Source: a virus. From it: a DNA stretch of 37,921 nucleotides. This document shows, piece after piece, positions 1-7,263 of this stretch. The position numbers were made by a program, and so were the translations under genes. A model generated the notes under the pieces. It was not told the DNA's origin, searched no databases, and worked only from the letters and a program-made list of their open reading frames with translations. The stretch lies in IMG/VR virus record IMGVR_UViG_3300045988_123646, positions 1-37,921 of that record. The stretch is one strand, 5' to 3'. The first letter of the stretch is position 1. Each line of letters opens with the position of its first letter.

Positions 1-85
1 CACACCGTATTCAACCGTCACCGATAAAATCAAAAGTGCAAGCTGTACATATAAGACGATTGGTGACATCGTAATCGTCAGTGCA
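1..85. repeat. Direct terminal repeat, left copy (assembly overlap of a circular or circularly permuted genome)
   Basis: CACACCGTATTCAACCGTCACCGATAAAATC...GTAATCGTCAGTGCA recurs exactly at 37837..37921. It lies inside a coding region, so it is not a physical genome end. Confidence 0.9.
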
Positions 86-328
86 ACGGTCAAAATGAAC
101 GCTGTTACAATTGGAGCAAACAGTACATATCTGCTGATTGATTTGCCGTACAAGTGCATTGCTGTGGATAATGTTTTTTGTGTCGGCATTTCAAACCTCG
201 GCAAGATTTTTAAATTTGCCATTCTGAAAAATAACACTTGGCTACAGTTTTCGACTCAGGATAAGACCGCATATACATTCGCAGACGGCGAGCAAATTAA
301 TGTGATTTGCTTGTACAAAATTAAATAA
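1..328 (+). CDS. Tail fibre / receptor-binding protein, C-terminal part (continuation of the ORF starting at 36062)
   Basis: Same reading frame as 36062..37921 (37,836 is divisible by 3). 1..85 duplicates the window end; stop TAA at 326..328. The whole protein is 700 aa. Confidence 0.8.
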   Translation, partial: TPYSTVTDKIKSASCTYKTIGDIVIVSATVKMNAVTIGANSTYLLIDLPYKCIAVDNVFCVGISNLGKIFKFAILKNNTWLQFSTQDKTAYTFADGEQINVICLYKIK

Positions 329-343
329 CGGAGGTATGAAAAA

Positions 344-622
344 ATGGAATTAAAAGAAAAAATCACACTTGATATGCTCACAAAGGACAGCGTGTCGGTA
401 CTCAGACAGCAGTTTTTGACCTTTAACGGTGAAGAAATGCAGGTGGGCGGAAACATCCGCAACGCATATATGAACAGCAAATCGGGCAGAGAACAGCTTA
501 AAACGGTGCTGTCTGATGAATATTACAACGCTGTTATGGCTGTATGGGGTGATAATCCAACCATTGACGAGCCGACTGTTGATGCTCCAATAGTTGATGA
601 CCCGACCATTGACGAAGTTTGA
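344..622 (+). CDS. Hypothetical 92-aa protein with a proline-rich C-terminal repeat (PTIDEPTVDAPIVDDPTIDE)
   Basis: ATG with GGAGGT 8 nt upstream, directly after the tail-fibre gene. No family recognised. Confidence 0.6.
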   Translation: MELKEKITLDMLTKDSVSVLRQQFLTFNGEEMQVGGNIRNAYMNSKSGREQLKTVLSDEYYNAVMAVWGDNPTIDEPTVDAPIVDDPTIDEV

Positions 623-638
623 CGAAAATTTGACGAAA
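609..638 (+). promoter_or_regulatory. Three phased direct repeats TTGACGAA(G/A); candidate integrase arm-type sites, left arm of attP
   Basis: Copies start at 609, 619 and 630 (10-11 bp phasing). The same 9-mer recurs at 841..860 on the other side of the tRNA-like core. Confidence 0.45.
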
Positions 639-700
639 GTTACCTACAACACCTATCAACACACAACAACAAATAACAACTTCATAAAATGACAAAAAAA

Positions 701-750
701 CAAGCCAAAACTAAGGCAGATGCTGTGTTTTGGCTTGTTTCCTATGTTTT
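701..750 (+). terminator. Rho-independent terminator closing the late (tail) operon
   Basis: Perfect 11-bp stem CAAGCCAAAAC / GTTTTGGCTTG (701..711 and 727..737) followed by a T-rich stretch. Confidence 0.55.
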
Positions 751-777
751 TGCCGATGTTAAAATTCGACAATTGTT

Positions 778-803
778 TGGTGCGCCAACAGGGACTCGAA
801 CCC
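778..803 (-). other. attP core: 3-prime end fragment of a tRNA gene (T-arm, acceptor 3-prime strand, CCA)
   Basis: The reverse complement reads GGGTTCGAGTCCCTGTTGGCGCACCA (T-loop TTCGAGT, acceptor strand, discriminator A, CCA). There is no matching 5-prime acceptor strand, D-arm or anticodon arm further on. It lies 64 nt from the integrase stop codon. Confidence 0.7.
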
Positions 804-840
804 TAATAAAAATGGCTTAAATACTGATGCTTAGGTGCTT

Positions 841-860
841 ATGACGAAACATTGACGAAA
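841..860 (+). promoter_or_regulatory. Two further (A/T)TGACGAAA direct repeats; candidate integrase arm-type sites, right arm of attP
   Basis: ATGACGAAA at 841..849 and TTGACGAAA at 852..860, in the same orientation as the 609..638 copies. Confidence 0.4.
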
Positions 861-866
861 AAATTA

Positions 867-2024
867 TCATACTGCTATTATATGCGATAACTCTTCATCA
901 ATTTTTCGCATAATTTTTTTATTATTTTCTTTTGCTCGTCTGTTGCTGATATCGGTGTAAACATCCTTCGTTGTTGCCTCGTTTGCGTGTCCGAGCAACC
1001 TCTTAGCTTGTGTAATATCAATTCCTGCCTCGTTCAGAAGTGTAGCGTAATTGTGCCTCAGACAATGAGCCGAAATAACAGTAAGGTTATTATCGGTAGC
1101 ATACTGCCTTAATCCCACATCGACACAATATGCATCCCATATCTTCTTGTAATGAGATTCGGAAAGCAATTTACCGCCTTTATCCGTAAACAGATAACCT
1201 TTTTTCTTTTTTGGAATGTGTAACATAAGCTGTTCGGGAATATATATATCTCTGATACCTGAATCGGTTTTAGGTGTCTTGAAAAAAGGTCGATTTTCCT
1301 TCCAAGACAAACTTTTGACGATATGAAGTGTATTAGTATCTCTGTCAATGTCTTCATAACACACAGCTAATGCCTCGCCTCGTCTGCATCCAGTCATTAA
1401 GACGAACAATGCAAACAACCCAAAAGGCTTATCAACATTATCAAAGATTATTTTTATTTCTTCCTCTGTCGCAATTCTACGCTTTGTTGACTTCTTCCCT
1501 TTCGCTTGGATATAATCACACGGATTGCTTTCAATACCAAAGTCACCTTTCCTAATAGCATAAGAAAAGACACTCGAAAAGACCGCAAGGTGATTTCTTT
1601 TAGTTTTCGTTGTGTATGATTGTGGTAAACTGTCAATACACCGTTGTATATCAGATGGCTTGATATTTGCGACCATATCGTCTGAAAAAGTTTCAGACAA
1701 CACTCTGAGTGCGTGAGAGTATCCGCTTTGTGTTGACTCAGATAATGTCGGTAGATACTCCTCTTTATAATCTGTTAATAATACACCAAGCTTTTGACTT
1801 TCCTCAACTTCCTGCTGATATAGCAGGATTTTTTTATTTAACTCAGCTTTTGTTTTGCCGTAAAAAGTTTTTCGTTTTCTGTTGACGGTGATAGATTTCT
1901 CATATCTTCCGTCAGCTCTTTTTTGGCTTTTTTGTTCAATAGGTTTACCGCACCAACAGCAAAACTTGCTATTGGTCGGAATCTCTTTCTTGCATTTCTT
2001 GCATTTTATCGTTGTTATTTTCAT
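867..2024 (-). CDS. int: Tyrosine recombinase / phage integrase with N-terminal zinc ribbon
   Basis: The translation shows tyrosine-recombinase catalytic motifs (AHCLRHNYATLL, LLGHANEATTKDVYTD) and an N-terminal CKKCKK...CCWCGK. GGAG lies 8 nt upstream of the ATG at 2024, so that start is favoured over the ORF-track start at 2081. Confidence 0.9.
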   Translation of the reverse strand: MKITTIKCKKCKKEIPTNSKFCCWCGKPIEQKSQKRADGRYEKSITVNRKRKTFYGKTKAELNKKILLYQQEVEESQKLGVLLTDYKEEYLPTLSESTQSGYSHALRVLSETFSDDMVANIKPSDIQRCIDSLPQSYTTKTKRNHLAVFSSVFSYAIRKGDFGIESNPCDYIQAKGKKSTKRRIATEEEIKIIFDNVDKPFGLFALFVLMTGCRRGEALAVCYEDIDRDTNTLHIVKSLSWKENRPFFKTPKTDSGIRDIYIPEQLMLHIPKKKKGYLFTDKGGKLLSESHYKKIWDAYCVDVGLRQYATDNNLTVISAHCLRHNYATLLNEAGIDITQAKRLLGHANEATTKDVYTDISNRRAKENNKKIMRKIDEELSHIIAV

Positions 2025-2277
2025 TTTCAGCATCTCCGTTGTTTCTTGGAAAGCCGAAGTGAGCATCAACTCGTCTTGCAATGAAGAGAGTTAAAAAAGC
2101 GAAAACAATCATGACGATTGTTTCAAGCACACTTGCACAAAGTGCAGAACTTGCATCATATGGATTAGCATTCGACATTATTGATATTGATAGCGGTTTT
2201 TCAATTAGTGATAAAAACACAATGCCACCTATAACAACCACCCAAAACCATCCTGAATGTTTTCTTTCTTTTTTCAT
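1969..2277 (-). CDS. Small membrane protein (two hydrophobic helices), co-oriented with int
   Basis: Strong RBS AGGAGA upstream of the ATG. Hydrophobic segments are WFWVVVIGGIVFLSLI and IVMIVFAFLTLFIA. The 3-prime end overlaps the int start by 56 nt in another frame. Confidence 0.6.
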   Translation of the reverse strand: MKKERKHSGWFWVVVIGGIVFLSLIEKPLSISIMSNANPYDASSALCASVLETIVMIVFAFLTLFIARRVDAHFGFPRNNGDAENENNNDKMQEMQERDSDQ

Positions 2278-2297
2278 AGTTTTTTATCTCCTTTCGG

Positions 2298-2317
2298 CTA
2301 TACTAATAATAGTATAG
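2298..2317. promoter_or_regulatory. Inverted repeat CTATACTA-ATAA-TAGTATAG in the 5-prime leader of the membrane-protein/int operon
   Basis: Perfect 8-bp arms separated by 4 nt, between the predicted promoter and the RBS. Confidence 0.4.
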
Positions 2318-2334
2318 CATCTGCCTTAATAATT

Positions 2335-2364
2335 ATTATAACTACACACAACAACATTTGTCAA
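2335..2364 (-). promoter_or_regulatory. Sigma-70-type promoter for the membrane-protein/int operon
   Basis: The minus strand reads TTGACA, an 18-nt spacer, then TATAAT. Confidence 0.55.
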
Positions 2365-2382
2365 CACAAAGGAGTAAAATTT

Positions 2383-2490
2383 ATGAATACAAGGTCAAAA
2401 ATTATAGCACTTATCAACAATATTGAGGATGAACAACTTTTGAAATTCATTTACAATCTAATAACCAAAGTAATAATTGAGCATATCTAA
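2383..2490 (+). CDS. Hypothetical 35-aa protein
   Basis: ATG preceded by AAGGAG (MNTRSKIIALINNIEDEQLLKFIYNLITKVIIEHI). Very short, no family recognised. Confidence 0.35.
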   Translation: MNTRSKIIALINNIEDEQLLKFIYNLITKVIIEHI

Positions 2491-2508
2491 ACTGGTCGAT
2501 TTACACCA

Positions 2509-2538
2509 GTTTAAAAAGCAAGTTTAAAAAGCAAGTTA
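2509..2538. repeat. Tandem 13-bp repeat GTTTAAAAAGCAA, 2.3 copies
   Basis: Read directly in the intergenic region between the 35-aa ORF and the repressor terminator. Confidence 0.6.
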
Positions 2539-2548
2539 CAGGCAAATT

Positions 2549-2586
2549 AAAAAGGTGAGTAGGATTTTTCCTGCCCACCTTTTCTG
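2549..2586 (-). terminator. Rho-independent terminator of the repressor gene
   Basis: On the minus strand, stem AAAAGGTGGGCAGG / CCTACTCACCTTTT (two mismatches) is followed by TTTTTAATTT, immediately after the stop codon. Confidence 0.55.
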
Positions 2587-2946
2587 TTACCCGAAAACTT
2601 TTTTGCAATACTCTTTGAAAACTTTTCTCTGTTCGGGTGTCAACTCAAGATACTCTCTTATGATTTTTTCGTCAAGGTCATCAATATCATACTTTTCTTT
2701 AATGGTCATCACAATTGAGTCATCAGAGTCTGCATCACGGTTGCCCTCTCCGTACATAAGCCAATCATAATTGATATCGTATATACGGCACATCAACATA
2801 AGCAATGGCTCTTTCGGTTCAACTCTGCCTGTTTCGATGTTTGCAATTACATCTCTTGTTACACCTAACTGTTCAGCAAACTTCGGTTGGCTCAACTTAT
2901 GTGCTGTTCGGACTTCCTTAACTCTTGCGATAAGTTTGTCATCCAT
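2587..2946 (-). CDS. cI-like repressor, XRE-family HTH
   Basis: The N-terminal HTH (SQPKFAEQLGVTRDVIANIETGRVEP) is typical of HTH_3/XRE. RBS is AAAGGAGGAA. The gene is divergent from the early operon. Confidence 0.85.
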   Translation of the reverse strand: MDDKLIARVKEVRTAHKLSQPKFAEQLGVTRDVIANIETGRVEPKEPLLMLMCRIYDINYDWLMYGEGNRDADSDDSIVMTIKEKYDIDDLDEKIIREYLELTPEQRKVFKEYCKKVFG

Positions 2947-2968
2947 CGTATTCCTCCTTTCAACTGCT

Positions 2969-2996
2969 ATTATAACATCAAAATCGTGTATGTCAA
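2969..2996 (-). promoter_or_regulatory. Repressor promoter (TTGACA, 16-nt spacer, TATAAT) embedded in the palindrome ATCGTGT-N6-ACACGAT
   Basis: Both hexamers are consensus on the minus strand. The palindrome 2983..3002 brackets the -35. Confidence 0.65.
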
Positions 2997-3039
2997 CACG
3001 ATAAAGCGAAAAAAATTCAAAAAAATTATTAAAAAGATG

Positions 3040-3068
3040 TTGACAACACGATTTTAAGGTGCTACAAT
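3040..3068 (+). promoter_or_regulatory. Early rightward promoter (TTGACA, 17-nt spacer, TACAAT) with an ACACGAT box in the spacer
   Basis: TTGACA at 3040..3045 and TACAAT at 3063..3068. ACACGA boxes at 3046, 3079 and 3111. Confidence 0.7.
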
Positions 3069-3100
3069 AATGTTATCAACACGAAAGGGGATTGCAAAAT

Positions 3101-3277
3101 ATGGTAAATAACACGATGAATACAACATCATCTGAAAAAAAAGATAGTGCATTGGAATTTGCAAAAGTGTTAGAAGATGCCAAGAAAAGCGGTGTCAAAA
3201 ATGATAAGTTTGCAATTGCACTCACAGCCTTTAAACTTGGCTGTGCTTTAAAGGAAAAGGAAGAGGTGAGCAAATAA
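3101..3277 (+). CDS. Hypothetical 58-aa early protein (first gene of the rightward operon, Cro position)
   Basis: ATG at 3101 with GGGG-rich RBS upstream. No clear HTH visible. Confidence 0.5.
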   Translation: MVNNTMNTTSSEKKDSALEFAKVLEDAKKSGVKNDKFAIALTAFKLGCALKEKEEVSK

Positions 3278-3474
3278 TGGCAAGAGAAAAAGAAACTTAC
3301 CGTTCTATCCTTGACAGGCTCGATGAGAGATTTCCTAACAGAGAACTCATCTCGCAGAAGGACTTTGCGGATTTTCTCGGTAAAAGCCGATTTTTTATTT
3401 ACAACAACTTTGAAGACATCAAGATTGTTGGCGGCTATCCCAAAACATCAATTGCGAAAATGCTTGCGAGGTGA
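3277..3474 (+). CDS. Small HTH DNA-binding protein (Cro- or excisionase-like)
   Basis: GAGGTGA RBS. The segment ISQKDFADFLGKSRFFIYN resembles excisionase/MerR-type HTH proteins. Confidence 0.55.
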   Translation: MAREKETYRSILDRLDERFPNRELISQKDFADFLGKSRFFIYNNFEDIKIVGGYPKTSIAKMLAR

Positions 3475-3567
3475 GCCGATGTACACATTTCTTATGTTAT
3501 GTGTTTTGCTTACCGTAGGTGCAGTTTTTATCTGCGACATTAAAAAATAAAGGAAGGATGAAACACT

Positions 3568-3666
3568 ATGACGGAAAAAGAATTTATCGACAGTCTTAAT
3601 GAAGAGGCTGTTGTCATCAGCAAGGCTGAGTATGACAGATTGAAAGGCGGTGAGAGTAATGGATAA
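3568..3666 (+). CDS. Hypothetical 32-aa protein
   Basis: AAAGGAAGGA RBS 8 nt upstream of the ATG (MTEKEFIDSLNEEAVVISKAEYDRLKGGESNG). Below the ORF-track size cutoff. Confidence 0.35.
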   Translation: MTEKEFIDSLNEEAVVISKAEYDRLKGGESNG

Positions 3667-4171
3667 GTACGGTTGCGGTGACTGCGGTCATACTTGGTAT
3701 GACAACGAAGAGCCGACAAAATGTCCGAAATGCAAAGACTGGGATATATATCCTATTCTTGTATGCGAGGACTGCGGTCTTGAAGATGCAAAGGAAGACT
3801 TTCCGTTTCACAAATTATTTGACGGAATGTGTAATGAATGTTTTTGCAAAAGCATACCAAATGCGAAAATTGCAGAATATATCAAATACTTTGTTGAAAC
3901 CGAAAGTAAGTCAAAATCAACGGCACACTTAGATTATCCCGAGTTGTATTGCGAAAATATTGTTGTTCAATGGGTTTTTGTTATGAATTTCGATTACAGC
4001 CTTGATGTTCATCGAATTGCAATACATTACTTATATTTACAGATATTGTCTGCCCTTAATAGCGATAGTGTTGCCTATAACACTGATTTGATATGTGAAA
4101 ACGCAAGAGATTGGGCTTTCAATGACTTAGAGGCTTTCTACGATTGGTGGTGTGAGTATGGGCGAAAATAA
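3659..4171 (+). CDS. Hypothetical zinc-ribbon protein
   Basis: N-terminal CGDCGH...CPKC and CEDCG...CNEC cysteine pairs. The ATG at 3659 is preferred to the GTG at 3650. Confidence 0.6.
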   Translation: MDKYGCGDCGHTWYDNEEPTKCPKCKDWDIYPILVCEDCGLEDAKEDFPFHKLFDGMCNECFCKSIPNAKIAEYIKYFVETESKSKSTAHLDYPELYCENIVVQWVFVMNFDYSLDVHRIAIHYLYLQILSALNSDSVAYNTDLICENARDWAFNDLEAFYDWWCEYGRK

Positions 4172-4415
4172 ACTCACAGTCGGTCAGGTTATGGGACTTG
4201 TTAAAAGATACTATTTGACCGATTGGAAAATTGAAGGAGCAAGGACGGGTAAAACAATTTGTACAAACTATTACCGCAGTAATATATATAACTCACCACT
4301 TTATTTTCACAAAGAAGTATCGTGCTTGACTATGGAAATTTACAGTACCAGACGAAAAGATGAAATACAAGACACAGTAAAATCAAGGGTTGTAATTTCA
4401 GTTTCAGGCGAATAA
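4158..4415 (+). CDS. Hypothetical protein
   Basis: ORF in the operon, overlapping the previous stop. No family recognised. Confidence 0.5.
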   Translation: MGENKLTVGQVMGLVKRYYLTDWKIEGARTGKTICTNYYRSNIYNSPLYFHKEVSCLTMEIYSTRRKDEIQDTVKSRVVISVSGE

Positions 4416-4433
4416 AAAAAGGAACAAAAAACT

Positions 4434-4925
4434 ATGAATTTGTATGAAATGACAGAAACAGCAAAACAGTTAATGCAGTTATTCGAGGATGGCGATATTC
4501 CCGAAGATGCTGTCAATGATACTCTTGAGGGTATCGGAGTGCAGGACAAGCTTGAAGATTACTGCAAGGTAATCAAATCTTTTGAGTATGACACGGATAA
4601 CATCGACAAAGAAATCGAAAGACTCAAGTCAGCTAAAGAACGCACGCAGAAAGCTATCGACAGGCTCACGAAAGCTGTTACCGAGTATCTCGCAACTACG
4701 AAGAGCCGTAAAGCAACGGCAGGTACATTTGCTTTATCATTGAGAAAATCGGAGTCGATTCAGATTACCGATGAAAGCAAAATCCCTGAAAAATTCATCG
4801 TTACCAAAACAACGGTTAAGACTTCCCCCGACAAAACCGCAATTAAGAAATTTCTTAAAGAGAACGAGGAAAACACGGTTGAAGGTGCGATGCTTATTGT
4901 CAACGAAAATCTTCAAATCAAGTGA
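4434..4925 (+). CDS. Siphovirus Gp157-like protein
   Basis: N-terminus MNLYEMTETAKQLMQLFEDGDI, a central coiled coil, and a position immediately upstream of the ERF gene all match the Gp157 family pattern. Confidence 0.65.
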   Translation: MNLYEMTETAKQLMQLFEDGDIPEDAVNDTLEGIGVQDKLEDYCKVIKSFEYDTDNIDKEIERLKSAKERTQKAIDRLTKAVTEYLATTKSRKATAGTFALSLRKSESIQITDESKIPEKFIVTKTTVKTSPDKTAIKKFLKENEENTVEGAMLIVNENLQIK

Positions 4926-4935
4926 GGTATGAAAA

Positions 4936-5550
4936 ATGTCAATCTATGAAAAATTGCTTTCAATTCAAACCGAACTGAAAGCACCAAAATCACAATACAA
5001 CGATTTCGCTAATTACAATTATCGTAACTGCGAAGATATCTTAGAGTCGCTCAAACCTCTGCTGAAACAGTATAATGCAACGGTATTATTGACCGATGAA
5101 ATTGAAAACATCGGTGACCGTTTCTATGTTAGAGCAACCGCAACCTTCATTGACATTGAGAACGGAGCAAAAGTCACAGTTTCCGCTCTTGCAAGAGAGG
5201 ATTTGACCAAACCAAAATTTGACGGTTCTCAGGTCACAGGCTCGGCATCATCATACGCAAGGAAATACGCATTGAACGGTCTTTTCTGTATTGATGATAC
5301 AAAGGACTCTGACACTCTTAATAACAATAAAGAGTACACAGCAACACCAAAAGCACGGAAACAGCCTACAAAGCCTGTACAGCCACAAAAACAGGCAAGT
5401 AATGTAATTATATGCCCTGTATGTGGAAAGCCTGTACAGCCTGCCAAAGCGAAAGACGGAAGCGGTTACGTTCCTGCCGATGTAATCATTAAGCAGTACG
5501 GTAAATGTCCTAACTGCTTGAAGGCAGAAAGGCATCCTAATAATGCTTAA
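4936..5550 (+). CDS. erf: ERF-family single-strand annealing recombinase with C-terminal zinc ribbon
   Basis: ERF-like motifs GSASSYARKYALNGLFCIDD are present. The C-terminus carries CPVCG...CPNC. Confidence 0.8.
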   Translation: MSIYEKLLSIQTELKAPKSQYNDFANYNYRNCEDILESLKPLLKQYNATVLLTDEIENIGDRFYVRATATFIDIENGAKVTVSALAREDLTKPKFDGSQVTGSASSYARKYALNGLFCIDDTKDSDTLNNNKEYTATPKARKQPTKPVQPQKQASNVIICPVCGKPVQPAKAKDGSGYVPADVIIKQYGKCPNCLKAERHPNNA

Positions 5551-5893
5551 CAGGGTAGTGTTACAAGGACGGACAACCCATCATCCCGAATTGACTTATA
5601 CAAAGCAAGGAACGGCTATACTCCGTTTTAGTATAGCCGTAAACGGCATCAATTCAACAAGCTTTTTTGACTGCTTTATGAAAGGCAAAGATGCCGAATC
5701 TCACGAATTGATGGGTAAAGGCACAGAGGTCTTCATCGTAGGACAACTGATGCAACGAAGGTATAAACGAAAGAATGGCGAAAATTCGTTTAAGACGGAA
5801 GTTTTTGCCGAGGAATGTAATTATATTACTTTTTCAGATTATGACGGTACAGGGCAAAATACGGCAAGAAATGAGGTGATATACGGTGGTTGA
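5543..5893 (+). CDS. ssb: Single-stranded DNA-binding protein (short OB-fold SSB)
   Basis: MLNRVVLQGRTTHHPELTYTKQGTAILRFSIAVN matches the SSB N-terminal pattern. It lacks the usual acidic C-terminal tip. Confidence 0.7.
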   Translation: MLNRVVLQGRTTHHPELTYTKQGTAILRFSIAVNGINSTSFFDCFMKGKDAESHELMGKGTEVFIVGQLMQRRYKRKNGENSFKTEVFAEECNYITFSDYDGTGQNTARNEVIYGG

Positions 5894-6809
5894 GGGATTC
5901 ATTATTTTTCCTCGATGGATGTACTCAGACGGAGTGCTGAACGGTGACCGTGACTACTGGTCGGTATGGTCTTATTTGATGTTCAATGTCAATTATTTTG
6001 ACACGCAAGTCATCATCAAAAATGAAGTTTTGACAGTACATAAAGACCAAATTTTCACAACTCGAAGAAAAATTTCAGAGGCAATCGGAGTGTCCGAAAC
6101 TAAGGTTGACAAGGCTTTGAAACTCTTTGAAAAAGTCGGTTACATAAAAATGAAGTCGGACAGGCGAGGACGGCTTATTTCCTTGACTTTTGAGGAATTG
6201 CGAACCAAACCGCATACAACACCCTCACAGGAAAATGTCAACTATTGTACTGACACGGTACAACCTACCGACAATCAAGAGTGTTGTAACGCAGACGGTG
6301 AAACATCGCATAGCAATGCGGAATTTGGTGGTTTTGAAACCGAAACAAAACCAAAACAAAACCAAAATAAAGCCGAAACAAAACCAAAACAAAACCAAAA
6401 CGCATACACAAAAGAAATAAATAAAAAAATAAATAAGGAAAATAAAGATATATTGTCGAGCAATCTCGACACCGTGAAATCCGTTGTCGATTACCTCAAC
6501 GAAAAGTGCGGAACGAAATACAAACACTCGTCAACTGAAACACAACGGTTGATAGTCGCAAGAATCAATCAAGGTTTCAGTCTTGAGGACTTCAAGCAAG
6601 TGATTGACAACAAGGTTTCCAATTGGGGCAATGACTCGCAGATGTCAAAATTTCTCAGACCGCAAACGCTGTTTAGCAACAAGTTTGAGAGTTACCTCAA
6701 TCAATCGGTTACCGTTCAGAACAAGTCGGTTGATTCTTGGCGAGATTCATCTTTTAGCCTTGAGGATGTCAGCGGTTTTCATCCGTTGCCCGATTTGCCC
6801 GATTTTTAA
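5886..6809 (+). CDS. Replisome organiser / replication initiator (winged-helix N-domain plus conserved phage C-terminal domain)
   Basis: The C-terminal block VVDYLNEKCGTKYKHSSTETQRLIVARINQGFSLEDFKQVIDNKVSNW...FLRPQTLFSNKFESYLNQ matches the Phg_2220_C-type domain. Start is GTG with GAGGTGA RBS. Confidence 0.75.
   Translation: MVEGFIIFPRWMYSDGVLNGDRDYWSVWSYLMFNVNYFDTQVIIKNEVLTVHKDQIFTTRRKISEAIGVSETKVDKALKLFEKVGYIKMKSDRRGRLISLTFEELRTKPHTTPSQENVNYCTDTVQPTDNQECCNADGETSHSNAEFGGFETETKPKQNQNKAETKPKQNQNAYTKEINKKINKENKDILSSNLDTVKSVVDYLNEKCGTKYKHSSTETQRLIVARINQGFSLEDFKQVIDNKVSNWGNDSQMSKFLRPQTLFSNKFESYLNQSVTVQNKSVDSWRDSSFSLEDVSGFHPLPDLPDF
6340..6400. repeat. Two exact 28-bp direct repeats (CCGAAACAAAACCAAAACAAAACCAAAA), period 33 bp, inside the replisome organiser gene; candidate origin iterons
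   Basis: Copies at 6340..6367 and 6373..6400. They encode ETKPKQNQNKA twice in the interdomain linker. Confidence 0.6.
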
Positions 6810-6856
6810 CAACGAAGTCAAACGAAGTCACAAATTTCACGAAAGGAAATTTGAAA

Positions 6857-7078
6857 ATGCCAACTAACTGGGATGCAGTCAACGCACAATGTCCGTTCTA
6901 CTTGACGGAAACAATCAACACGATTACCTGTGAAGGGATTATCGGTCAGACCAATGTACACGGCTTTCACTTGCGAGCAGTCAAAGCAGAACACAAGAAC
7001 AAGTTTTGTAACCGCTGTTTCAAGCGATGCAAGTATTACATCGCATTGATTGATGAAAAATATCCCGAAAAAAGATGA
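6857..7078 (+). CDS. Hypothetical cysteine-rich protein
   Basis: ORF with GAAAGGAAA RBS and several Cys (CPFY, TCEG, CNRCFKRC). Confidence 0.5.
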   Translation: MPTNWDAVNAQCPFYLTETINTITCEGIIGQTNVHGFHLRAVKAEHKNKFCNRCFKRCKYYIALIDEKYPEKR

Positions 7079-7263
7079 AAAATCTACGGTGTGTGAAATG
7101 TGGCAGAGAGTTTTATTCTGCGACAATTCAGAGATGTAAATTCAGTAAATCAGGAGCGTTTGTGTGTATGTACTGCTGTCAGCGGAACTGCAAATACGCA
7201 CAACCGCATCTAAACGGAATGAGGTGTGGATACAATAATGCGAAGCAAATACAACAACCGTAA
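7075..7263 (+). CDS. Hypothetical zinc-ribbon protein
   Basis: CVKCG...CMYCCQRNC. The start overlaps the previous stop (ATGA). Confidence 0.5.
   Translation: MKNLRCVKCGREFYSATIQRCKFSKSGAFVCMYCCQRNCKYAQPHLNGMRCGYNNAKQIQQP

Noticed and set aside
778-853. A complete tRNA gene on the minus strand
   Set aside because: Only the T-arm, acceptor 3-prime strand and CCA are present. No complementary 5-prime acceptor strand, D-arm or anticodon arm can be formed, so it is interpreted as the attP core.
3311-3550. 79-aa alternative-frame ORF
   Set aside because: It overlaps the better-supported 65-aa HTH gene out of frame. Only its last 23 codons (3479..3550, MYTFLMLCVLLTVGAVFICDIKK, GAGGTG upstream) might be a tiny hydrophobic peptide, which is too uncertain to call.
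6340-6400. Mini-CRISPR array
   Set aside because: The two repeats are separated by 5 nt only, are in frame inside a gene (ETKPKQNQNKA twice), and have no repeat-like structure.
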